This document shows positions 25,020-36,700 of a stretch of 64,000 nt of DNA, one piece after another. Source of the DNA: Azolla caroliniana (taxonomy: Eukaryota > Plantae > Polypodiophyta); NCBI GenBank assembly GCA_043228905.1, contig JBHGNT010000008.1:12214001-12278000 (forward strand), in the 5' to 3' direction. Under the pieces are notes generated by a model, which saw nothing but the letters and a program-made list of their open reading frames with translations, was not told where the DNA came from and searched no databases. Within the stretch, counting starts at the first letter, position 1, and the number at the start of each line of letters is the position of its first letter. The position numbers and the translations under genes were made by a program.

Positions 25020-28000
25020 CTGAAAAACCAAAACAAACAATACAATCAGATATATACATTATATAAAAGGGGCTTTAACAAATGCCAGCATCATACCAGA
25101 GTCCGCATCGTGTGGTCCAGGGGATGACTCTGGATGGTACTGTAGGCTCATTGCTTTCATAGCTGGGAAAGAAAGTCCAGCACAACTTCCATCATTCAAA
25201 TTGATGTGTGTAACTTCAACTCCCTCTGGTAAGGTTGCGGGATCAACTGCATAATTATGATTCTGCAAATTCACAGAACATCGAAATAAGTAGAGTGCAA
25301 CTTTTCAAGGTGATGAAATATTATCAAGAATTCAACAAAAACTAAAAACCCATCTAGAAGGGGTTTCTTTTCTGAAAGATGCAGTAGTAGGATCTGCGGC
25401 ACAAGAACAATTGGTCAAGTACTTCAAAAAAACTTTTCAGAAATGTAACTTTTTGCTATATAATATTTCTCTCATTTTCCTTTCTCATGGAAGTCAAAAA
25501 TTGTGATGTTCCTTTTATACATACAGCATTCATGGTATAGATGAGATGAGAGGGAAAGTTCTTTACTTAATGTGCTTCAAGGTGGTACTCAACAAAAATT
25601 TAACATATCCTAGAAGGGAGTTCTTATTTGAGAGATTTAGCTGAATGTTGGGGCTGGTGACCAACACCTGTAAACCGGTCAAGTTCTTGCAAAACTGTTC
25701 CCAAGAGTAAATTTTGGTTATATAACATTTCTGTCATTTTCCTTTCCCATATAGGTCATAAACTGTAGCAATCATTTACATGCAAACAGATACTCGCTAT
25801 TTCAAAAAAATCTAATATAACCCGTCTTTTATTTCCCAAAATACCCCTTTTGGAATTCGTCAAACCATACAAAATATTTCTCTACTATAGAGAAATAGAA
25901 AAGAGAAACTTCAGAAAAGCTCTACACAGTGAAATAGAAATATCTCCCTCGCAAATAGATTTGGACTTGAAGGTAACATTGGTGTTCACTACACAATATT
26001 CATCATATATGTACACTTCATCACCTAAGCTCAGACTTTATTTTGTATAAAACAAGTCAAATTGTGATAATGTGGTCTCAGAGACTATTGTGGTTCTACA
26101 TAATGCATGACAATGATAGGGTCCAAAAGTGGAAATTGTCAGCATAGAAAAGAACTCCATGGAACAAACTTCTGACTGAGCTTCTAATTAATGTCTTGAA
26201 GTGTGATCAAACATATAATAATTGGCAGTTGGTAATACTCAGCCAGGGTCAGCAATATCACAAATAGCTAAATATTGCGCCTTAATCTCAAATTTGGTTT
26301 ATGATTCTTGACAAAGCTTAATTGAGTAACGTTGGTCTAAGATTTTATGGTAGATAGCTATTTTGATCTAGGTTTCTTGAAACAGCTCGATTTGGAAACA
26401 TGGTTATGCAATTTGATATTCATTGCTCTTTTAAGTTTGGTTTAAATATTTCTTTCATTTTGGCAGTAGGTTTTTTGACACAGCTCTATTTGGGAACATT
26501 TTGGCCCATGTTGACACGGCTCAATTTGGGGACATTCCTATGGCAGCATGCAATATGCTGCACAGCATTCCCCCTGATTTAAATGCCATTGTCAAGGGTA
26601 CTATCAGATGCTTAGATACAGTTGATGGAATGCTCATATGGAAATATAAGCTCATAAAATCTCTTCTTAGAACATAATATCCTCACGATTCAAAAGATTG
26701 ATCTTATAGAAGTTACCCATGCTTCATTTGCTTTCAGCTCCACAAAAGTGGAATCAGCATGCCTCTGTCCTCCATCAGATATATATTCAGAACTTCTTCC
26801 AGTCTAGAGGAGCCTATTCGAATACCAAAGATCATGCAGTCTATTGGAGTTTCAGCAGATCATATACAAGCTTCCTTTCCTCGTGCATGGTAGCAAATTT
26901 GACAGAAAGACAGAAATCAAACCTGTGAGCTGATTTCAACCCTGCCAGTTTGAATTTGTCGGACAGGATGATTTCCACCATGATGACCAAATTTCATCTT
27001 GAAAGTGCTACCCCCAAGTGCTTGTCCTAGAAGTTGATGGCCCATGCATATACCAAAAACGGGAATCTTGCCAGTAATTTCTTTCACATTTTGAATGGCA
27101 TATGGAACTGCAGAAGGATCACCAGGGCCATTGCTAAACAAAACCCCATCTGGGTTCAACTTAATAACCTCTGATGCTGTCCATGTTGATGGAACCACTG
27201 TGATTTTGCAGCCATAAGATCTGAGTCTTCTTAAAATATTATGCTTGATACCAAAGTCATAAGCAACCACCTGGGAAAAAAGCAGATAAGCCTTTTTTAT
27301 GCGAATCGTAGCTTTTGAAGGAGCATTCCCAGAATATCATTCTAATGAGTTAGCTTACATGGTACAAATCAGAAGCAGATTTAGACAATTTGGTGCTAAA
27401 CTCCCAGTCAGGATCTGTCTTGTCCGTCCATTCATATGGCTCATTACAAGTAACTCCAGTTATAAGATCCTTACCTTCACATGTCCAGGAAATACATTTT
27501 TTTGGCCAAAACGAACCCTCTGGATCAAAATCACACAGAATTGCATATACTTATGCAGGTTCTTTATTTATCCTGAAAGGCTATTACCTACGATCTCCCA
27601 CGTTTTAGCTGCATGTAGAAGCTCTTCATCTGTCTTGCTTGAATCTGTCGTGAGTGCTCCGATCAAGCTTCCATCTTCCCTTAACCTTCTTGTGATTGCA
27701 CGTGTATCGATATCATCTGTGCACATAAATATCACACCATATTTCAAATCGAAAAATAGAAAAGATTCTATACAGAAATTACTTACAGATTCCCATCACA
27801 TTCCTCTTTTGCAAATACTCAGGTAAAGTCTCTGTTGAACGCCAATTTGAAACACTGCATGCAACTCAGAAATTAGTTTGCACTGAAATTTCTGAATACA
27901 CAACAGACAGCATTAACAATGCAGTAATCAGGCTCATTTAGCTAGTTGCAGAATCCAAACGGAAGAAGTCTCTTTGGTAAAATGTCAAAGATTTGAAACA

Positions 28001-31000
28001 TAAAACAGAGCAAATGAAGAACTTCCAAAATGGGCAAGCAAGAAAACTAAATAAAAAGAGGAAAACAATTTAGTAGCTTTGAGGACACTGGACACAAAAT
28101 GAGCAAGTCTAAACAAGTTCTGAACTTCAATAACATCCAAACTCTGAAATGCATGGCCTGCTCCACTGACTTCTTACTAGCCTGCTATAGTTCTCTCTTC
28201 AGAAGGTTGATGACTTACTTTGCTCTTCATGCACCAGCAGACCTATTTCTACTGACTCCCGCATTCAGATCAGATTAACCTTGTCAGATTTGTTGCCACA
28301 CCCGGTTAACCTTGTCAGATTTCTAGCTGTCTCACGGTTTATAATTTTTCTGCTGGTGGGTTTTGCTGCAATATTGTAGAAAAACTGCTGTCACCACTCC
28401 ACTTTTACATGCCTATGATTTTCCTTGATTCCTGCTGCCTCGATGAGAGTCTCTTTATTGCTGTCCTCACTTAATGTCCACAGAACATTCTAGGTGGATT
28501 CATCAGTTCCTATAGTACTTTGGCTTTCTCTATAAAGATCTACAGTTTAGTGCATTAGCTAGGCACATCTAGAAGACTGCCTGCCCACCTCCCTCCCAAC
28601 AATCCACCTTCCAGCTGTACTATGTTTTTTTCCTTGCCAAGGTAGCCAAGCAAAGGGACAGGGCCATCAGTGTAGTATAAAACAACAGGTTCATGAAATT
28701 TCAGTAGGGAAAACACGGTGTTATTTCCACGCCACCTTACAATCTATAGACTATCTTAATTTCACTGAAGTTTATGAATGCAAGCGTAGAGGTACGCTGT
28801 CGCGGAAATCCGCGAGTATATGTTGGAACGGGGCGGGAGCACCGGGGTCTCAGACTAAGGAGCCGGTAGGAGAAAGTAAGAGAGGGTGAGATGATTATTG
28901 GGATCGTTCCCGGATGACTTCGCCGGCGCACAGGCTCAGACACGCAAATAGTTCCGGACCTGTCACTGGGTAACAGCGATGAGCTTACTGGCTCGGATGC
29001 TCACGTATGCACACAAGTGAGAGGGAGGAGAGACGAGAATATGCGCCAAAACAAAAAGACACAGGAAATCCAGAAAACAACGAGACAGTTGATTAACTTA
29101 TAATAAGAGAAATACAACCGGGCTCGACAAGTACAGAGCTTCGAGCTCTTGACACATCCACGCAGACACCGGACTGATGAGCCTCTGGTCGGGAGCACAC
29201 GGGCTTCCTACGCGAGCAGAGGCCTGACCAACACCGAACGAACACACAGAGCAGATAACCAAAAACCCTACAGAGATCAATCCGACAACGCTTCCGCTTC
29301 CAAACGATGGATGCCAAAACAGATCCATTCCTCCCCTTTTATAGCCCAAGGAGAGGACAGTTACATCAGTATTAAATGCAGCTGTTTGGTCAGAGATCCG
29401 TTCCATGATCCTCTGCCCAACATGCTGTTATTCCCCTTCAACATTCGACGCATTTAAAGTACCGACAGACTGTCTCTGTCTCGTACTTTATTATTCTTGT
29501 TTTTCACAAAGTTTAATATACATTTATATACACATCGAATTTATATACATAAGCCCTTGTTCGTGTGCATCCTTGCACACACCCCTTCACACGCATCCAG
29601 CTCTGTTTTCTCTCATAGCCGGAATTCTTCAGGACAACGCATTAGGCATTAACAAAAAAACACGCAATAATCGTTCCTTGATGATAATCCATGAAAATAA
29701 GGAATACTCACCGTCTACTGAGGTTCCTGATAATTAGCCCTCCAAGAAAACACTCTTCAGACTCCTCGTCATCTATATGAGAAGCAGTAGTAGGCATTCA
29801 CAACTGTCTATACTTTTCATACATTAAAGTAGAGATCAACATTCAATCACACCAGTATTAACTCCAGTATTGCCAATGTGAGGGCATGTCATGAGTACAA
29901 ACTGCCCCGCATAACTCGGATCTGTCAAAATCTCTTGGTATCTGTGATTTCAAGCATCAGTAATGAGATGCCATAATCTAATACCTCCTTTTCATATGCC
30001 GACAAAGAAACATAAATACCCAGTCATAGACGTGTTGAAAACCACTTCTGCTACTTGAGTTCCAACAGCACCAAAGGATTTGCCTCTCCAGACAGATCCA
30101 TCTTCGAGAACCAGCCTTGTATTTGAAATCTTCCAAGGTCGCTTTGCTGCAAACCAGAGTTCTAGTTGTTATCTTCTAACTATAAAGCTATTATAAAAAC
30201 CCTGTCCCTCCCTTATATGTGCAACACAAACAGGATCTCTGCCAAATTCACAGTTTTGCCAACTACGACATCCACTGCTTGCAAAGCTTATTTAAGTAAA
30301 ATGTTGGCAAGCACTGTCCCTTTAGGAAAACAAATTGCCATTTCCATCCCCCATTCAGAATCCAAGAAACGGAAATCTAACTGACTGAGTCATGCATTTG
30401 ATAAGAAGACATCATAGTAAAATATGCAGTTCCACATAGAAAATCAAAGAAACATGCAATCTTCTTCATTGATTAAAGCTTAGCACCAATGTTCAGAGAA
30501 ACATTTGCCAATCTTGTATAACTTCAGAATCAAAGAAAAAAGAAAACTTAAATGTTTCATTCATATCATTACCAAATCCACAGTTCCTAACCTATTTCAT
30601 AAGATAATCATAGCACAAAGCATCTACGCAAGAGTTTTGCAAAACCAAACCAAATCATAACCAAATCCACAGTTCCTAACATATTCCATAAGATAAACAT
30701 AGCACAAAGCATCTATGCAAGAGTTTTCCATAAGAAAACATTAGCTCTACCGAACTGTGTGAAGCACATAACTTAGGCATATGCCTCAAATCTGCGCCAT
30801 TAATTCTAGGCAGAGAAACAGAGAAAAATGAAACTGTAACTGCACAATTCAGATAAAAGATTCAACAAAGCCGTAGTTCTGCCTTCTTGTAAACAGAGAA
30901 TCAAAGAAATAGTAGCTATAACTTACCAGCAAGAGCGGTTTCTGAAGCAGACGCTTTACTGCACGAAATCCTGGGAACAGCACATTTCGTCGTCTCTGTA

Positions 31001-31071
31001 ATCAGAGAGATAGATGGGTAGGAAGAAGAGGTGGAGGAAGACGAGGCGAAGTGATGATAGCAAGGAGCCAT
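24964..31071 (-). CDS. carA: Carbamoyl-phosphate synthase small subunit (glutamine amidotransferase), plastid-targeted, 10 exons, 434 aa
   Basis: Exons 31071-30927, 30146-30020, 29941-29853, 29772-29712, 27854-27787, 27716-27588, 27474-27359, 27270-26923, 25262-25097, 25019-24964. All GT-AG and phase-compatible, 1305 nt with no internal stop. Ser-rich transit peptide; motifs [40 protein letters not shown] (catalytic Cys), QYHPE. Confidence 0.96.
25097..25262 (-). CDS. carA: carA exon 9
   Basis: NHNYAVD...[15 protein letters not shown]. Confidence 0.95.
26923..27270 (-). CDS. carA: carA exon 8
   Basis: [14 protein letters not shown]...GICMGHQ...VEISSQ. Confidence 0.96.
27359..27474 (-). CDS. 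carA: carA exon 7
   Basis: [16 protein letters not shown]...; AAG acceptor, GTAAGC donor. Confidence 0.88.
27588..27716 (-). CDS. carA: carA exon 6
   Basis: [20 protein letters not shown]... Confidence 0.95.
27787..27854 (-). CDS. carA: carA exon 5
   Basis: [22 protein letters not shown]. Confidence 0.93.
28798..29636 (-). mobile_element. Solo-LTR-like insertion in carA intron 4
   Basis: TGTC...GACA termini, 4-bp direct repeat ACGC on both sides, GC-richer than the flanking intron, GGCTATAAAAGGG on the minus strand at ~29335-29347. Confidence 0.6.
29712..29772 (-). CDS. carA: carA exon 4
   Basis: [19 protein letters not shown]. Confidence 0.92.
29853..29941 (-). CDS. carA: carA exon 3
   Basis: [28 protein letters not shown]. 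Confidence 0.95.
30020..30146 (-). CDS. carA: carA exon 2
   Basis: [19 protein letters not shown]...[10 protein letters not shown]. Confidence 0.95.
30571..30730. repeat. Two-copy tandem duplication (~89-bp period) in carA intron 1
   Basis: ACCAAATCCACAGTTCCTAAC...GCAAGAGTTTT at 30571 and 30660. Confidence 0.85.
30927..31071 (-). CDS. carA: carA exon 1 (transit peptide)
   Basis: GCCATGG context; [20 protein letters not shown]...; GTAAGT donor, phase 1 fits exon 2. Confidence 0.85.
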
Positions 31072-31222
31072 GGCTTCGGAAAAGAGCTCTCTCTATAACA
31101 AGTTACAAGGCGCGCTTAAAAAGGCCCATCGCATCTTTGCATGACCATGACCATGACCATGAATGACTTGTAGTTTGTGACCTTGACCATGACCATGACG
31201 ACGCAATTTCTCTCTCTTTTCC

Positions 31223-32800
31223 TTTTTTTTTTGGGTAAAAGCACACAATTATATTTTAATTGTATGTAAAATCCACTTATTTACAACACTTCTTAGTCTC
31301 CTCTACCCTATCACATGCCTATGTAGGGAGAGGGACGTCTTGTAATGCCATTAAAAAACCTGAATATGCATTTGAGGAAATGATCCCCACATGCGCTAAC
31401 ATCCAAAAACTCCACATGAGAATACTTTTCAGCTTCTTTATATATGCTTTCACCCCATGTCTATTATCAAACATGAAAGCATTACGCATATTCCAATTAT
31501 GTTGTAGTCCCCAATAACGTAAAAATTTGGAACAATATTTCCATCTCATCATTTGAACCAGTTTGAACATATTGAGAAAAAACCCATTGTTGAGGTCTCA
31601 AACAATAACATGTTAAAACTTGCCAAATGTCTGATAAGTACTTCCAAATGGTACACACTATAGGACATTGAATGAACCTATGTGTACTATCCTCCAATGG
31701 AATGGTGCAAAAGAAACAAGTGCCAGACCCTAGTCCTCGTCTCTTTAAGGTCGAACCTAATGGGAGCCCACCAACCATGACTCTCCATATGAATACCTTT
31801 GCACGAAAGGGTAGATGGGAATGCCAACTACGACGTAACATTTTCCACTACCTTGCATCTAACTTACATACATTCCACAACTTCGTTGCTTTTGGAGATA
31901 GCCACGATAATGATGCCATTGCATGATGATACAATATATTTGTAGTGACCTGTAACAAGCGTGTACCATCTTGTAACCACCAATCCACCCAAGGTGCAAA
32001 AATTGTTTTCAATGGCAAAGATCCTTGCAACAATGGTATATCTTGTAATTTCTCCCAAATAAATCCATAATTTTGTTGGGCATCTTCAAATTCCAACAAC
32101 CTTTGAGATTCATTATCAACCACATCTTCCAAATGTGTAATCCCCAATCGAAATAAACGATTGAATTGAGACCTCTACTTCTCTTTCCCATGCCAAAACA
32201 ACACTCGAGAAGAAACAAGCAATTCATTTTGTAATGAATTATAAGACTCTCGATCACTTGATGGTCCCCATTCAAAAAGAGATAATGCATCTTGCCACAA
32301 TCTTACCAAATGTTGTCCATATACAGAATGTCGAATCTTTAGAGGAATACTTCCATTGAGTAATGACCACCAAGATGCTTGAATGTGTGTGAAAAACGCT
32401 CAACCAATGAATGAATGAATAGGCATCACAATTGAGTGAGTATGGTTGGTTGTGTCGGTCAGTCACCCACTACACTACGACATGGGTAGTGGAATAAATG
32501 TGTTGAATTGCTTGCCAATAGGCCATAAGACGAACACTCTAATCAAGAAAATAGTCACATTAGTACCTCTCTTCAATTTTGGTAGATGTGCTTCAACTCC
32601 ATACCTACCATCCAATACAAAAAACATTGCACATATTTCAATTATGACGTGATCTCCAATATTTCAAAATATAGGAAAACTATCTCCATCTCTGATTTTG
32701 GGTCGACATATGTGAATTGTGCAAGCACCCAATATTTTGGCACCAAAAGACACCATGATAAAATTTGCTAAGTTTTGAGAAATGTGACTCTAAATCTCAC
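31223..32800 (-). mobile_element. 5'-truncated L1-type LINE (ORF2 C-terminus with zf-RVT), degraded
   Basis: WHSHLPFRAKVFIWRVMVGGLP...CFFC...EDSTHRFIQC...IW; short 3' UTR and A10 tail at 31223-31232. 5' limit approximate. Confidence 0.8.
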
Positions 32801-33393
32801 AAGCAATCAGATATTGTATGAAATGATGAGTATTATCTTCCATTTGAGCAGTGCAAAATAAGCAATTGCCTGTTGCTAGTCTAGGTTGCTTTAGAGCTAA
32901 TCGCAAAGGCAAATCGTCAATCAAAACTCTCCAAATGATGACCTTCATTACAAAGTGGCAATTTTGAATGCCAACTACATTTTAGGATCAGCCTTAGCTG
33001 ATAGTCATCTGAGAGACTCAATGGAGCAATGATATAACAGATTAGTAGTCACTTGTAAAAATGACTTTTGACCTCATAAACACCAATCAACCCATGATTG
33101 CTCTTCTGTTTGTAGAGGTAAAGGGCCTTGCATCAATGTGATATTTTGTAGTTGTTGGCAAACAAACCCATCATTGGCGGGGATGTGTAATAATTGGAAT
33201 GAGGCGAAACATTGTCGAAATGAACACTTGGAATGAGGCAAACATTGTTGTCGAAGCGAATGTTTTTCAACAAGTTGAATGCTTTTGTCAAAGCAAACAC
33301 TCGTGATGAGGCGAATGTTCCTGACAAGGCAAACGCTCTTCTTGATGACCGTTGTTTTCTTTTGAATTTTGCCACCAAGAGATTATGGATAGT

Positions 33394-33780
33394 TGTAGAA
33401 AATAGCGTGCGGAAGCAGGTATGAAGACAGAACAGAGGAAGGAAACTCAGGTTCAATGGAGAGCTTGGGCTTACACGATATACGCGGGAGAGACAGAGAG
33501 AGAAACACAGAAAACTCTATATTCAATAATAATACTCAGTCTGTACATAAGACGTGCTCAGTGAACACTTTTATACAAGTCCTGGAAGGACTGACTGAAG
33601 TACTGACAATACTTCAATGCTCATTAAGAGCTCCTACACTAACTCCCAAATATATTCCTCACGGAATATCTTTCCTAACGATCTCCCGGTTTACGCACTC
33701 GGCCTAACCGATCGGTCCCAACCGATCCGGTCCTCGGCTTCTTCAGCCAATCCGGCCGATGTTGAGCTTGTCTCTCAACA
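33394..33780 (-). repeat. Copia D 3' LTR
   Basis: Direct repeat of 38667-39053. Confidence 0.96.
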
Positions 33781-36700
33781 CTCCCCCTCAAGCTCAACTT
33801 GAGGCTCTTCGAGATCTTCACAGCACCGGTTCCTCCTGGCTTCTCGCCTCGCTCGCGCTCCTCGACCTGTTCGACTCCGCGCGCTTCGACCCTTCCGGTC
33901 GGCTTGTCTACTCATGCGGCCCTTATCAGCTCTTCTGTTGTTGCGGTGTTGACGCTTCTCCTGCTGCCTTTTCTTCCGCTTGGGCCTCGGTTGATTCAGC
34001 GTGTCTGAATCAAACATCCGAACCAACTCGGCTACCTCCGATCGGTTTTCGCTCTCGTCCAAGTTGGCTGTCTCCAACTCGTCTTCGGTCTTCTCGCCCT
34101 CGGTGGCGTCATCTTCCCCATGCATGGTTGGCTTCGGCTTTCTCCTTCGGTTGCTCCCCTTCTGTCCTCTTCCGAACTTTTCCGCGGGTCCGCCCTCGGC
34201 TTCTTCAGCCGATCCGATGTCGAACTTGTCAACCGACTCAGTGTCGCGGTGTCCGCTCCTTTCCTGCTGCCTTGCTTGGTCATTCAGGACTGTTCTCCCC
34301 CTCAAGTTCGGCACGTCAAGGTGACGCAACCCGAGCGCACCGAAGAATTGCCGTAACTTGTCCAGACCAAGAGGCTTAGTGAAGATGTCGACAGTCTGCC
34401 GATCCATCGGAACGTACTGAAGTTCGACTTCACCGGAAAGGACATGCTCACGGATGAAATGGTAGTGAACCTCAATGTGCTTGGTCCGTGCGTGGAAAAC
34501 GGGGTTTTTCGCGAGCTGGATGCTGTTGAGGTTGTCGCAGTAGATCGTCGTCAGATCTGACACCTCCTCTTGCAGGTCCTTAAGTAGCCGCTTCAACCAT
34601 ATGGCTTCGCATGTCGCGACAACCGCTCCTCGGTACTCAGCTTCGGTGCTCGACAGTGCAACTGTCGGCTGCTTCTTACTGCTCCACGCGATCGCGGCAC
34701 TCCCGAGGGAGAACGCGTATCCAGACGTGGATCGGCGATCGGCGGCGTTGCCAGCCCAATCAGCATCGGTGTAGCCAACTAACTGCGCGGCTGCACCGGT
34801 CCGATATAGCAGTCCTCGGTCCTTAGTGCCACTTACGTATCGCAGTACGCGTTGCGCACACTGAAGGTGCTCCTCGGTAGGTCGTGCCATGAACTGAATG
34901 ATCACCCCGACCGGATAACTGAGGTCGGGTCGGGTGATGGTCAAGTATATGAGGCTTCCGACAATTTTTTGGAACCTCGTCGGGTCGCATACCTTTCCCG
35001 TATTGGGACGAAGCTTGATGGTTCTGTCCAGAGGAGTCGAGACGGACTTACAGTCGGCCATCCCGAGTTTGAAGAGCATACTCAACACGTAATGATGTTG
35101 GCTGATCAATATGCCTTCGGGGGTACGGATCACTTCGATCCCGAGGAAGTAATGAAGGTCCCCCAGATCCTTCATGTCGAACGATGCCGCAAGTTGGAGC
35201 TTCACGCGGTCGATTTCACGTAGGTCGGCGCCGGTGATGACCAAGTCATCAACATATAGTAAAATACTAACCGGTCCGAGTCGACCTTTCCGGATGAACA
35301 GGGAAGAGTCCGATTTTGACGTGACGAAGCCCATCCGACGCAGTTGTTGCGTGATCTTTGTGTTCCAGGCACGCGGGGCTTGCTTTAGTCCGTAAAGGGA
35401 CTTCTTCAATCGGCATACTGCCGAGGAGTTCGTTCCGGAGTGAAATCCGGGGGGCTGTACCATGTACACCTGTTCCTCAAGGTCACCTTGCAGGAACGCA
35501 TTCTTTACATCCATCTGATGTAAATGCCACCCCTTTGCCGCAGCTACTGCGAGCAAAACACGGACGGTCGTCATTATCGCGACCGGCGCAAACGTCTCAT
35601 CATAGTCGATGTCGTGTTTCTGCGCGTAGCCCTTTGCCACTAGCCGAGCCTTGTACCAGTTGACCGAGCCATTGGTGTTGTACTTGACCTTGTACACCCA
35701 CCTACACCCGATCGGCTTCACACCCTTCGGTGCATCAACCAAGTCCCAGGTCTCGTTCTCCGCCAATGCGTGCATCTCTTCCTCCATCGTGGCACGCCAA
35801 TTCGCATCTTTAGCCGCTTCTGCGTAGCTCTCCGACTCACGCACTTCCGCTACACAGGTCATGTACGCGTAATGATGCGCCATGTACTCGTTGTATCCGA
35901 ACCGCACAACTGGGTTCTTTTGGCGGGTAGATCGGCGTAATCTCACATTAGCCAATGTCGAGGCCTTCTCGGCCGACGCGGTCTTCATCTTTAAAGACCC
36001 GTCACTGGTTCCCTTGGAGTCGGACTCGCGTCGGTCTGACTCGTTCCTTTCCGTGCCGGAATCCGACACCTTCTTCTTCCCTTTCTCTTTGCGCGTAAGC
36101 CGTCTCCTCGGCTTCCTGCGCGGGGAATGCACGGCCGAGTCTCCACTACTCGCCGGCTCTTCATCGGACTAGTCGTACCGACTCAGACGTCCAATCGGTC
36201 CACTTAACCGGAGTGAAATCGGACTCTCTTCGCGGGTCTCGATTTCGGGCTCATCCGGAGGCATCTCGGCCTCGTTGACCTCATCGTCAGAGCTCGGATT
36301 GGAGTCGAGGTTCGTAGTCGGGGGTAGGTACCAGGACGCGGACTCATCAAACACAACGTCGCGACTGACACGCGCTTGTTTGGTGCAAGGGTTATAGCAC
36401 TTATAACCCTTCTGCTCGTCCGAGTAACCGACCAAGATGCATTTCTCGGCCTTTGCGTTCAACTTCCTCCTTTTCTCCTTCGGTACATGCACATACGCAA
36501 TGCTACCGAACACCCTCAAGTGTCGCAAGTTCGGCTTCGTTCCGAAATATAGCTCGTGCGCCGACACTTTGTCTCCGATCCGGTTCTGGATGTATACCGC
36601 GGTCCTTACCGCCTCGGACCAGTAGAACTTGGGCAAGCTCTTCTCCTCCAGCATTGCCCGTGCCGCTTCCACAACTGACCGATTCTTCCTCTCGGCCACG

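Noticed and set aside
23410-25780. Degenerate local duplications (23410/23615, 24072/24146, 25335/25595)
   Set aside because: Old two-copy duplications with no evident function or element boundaries.
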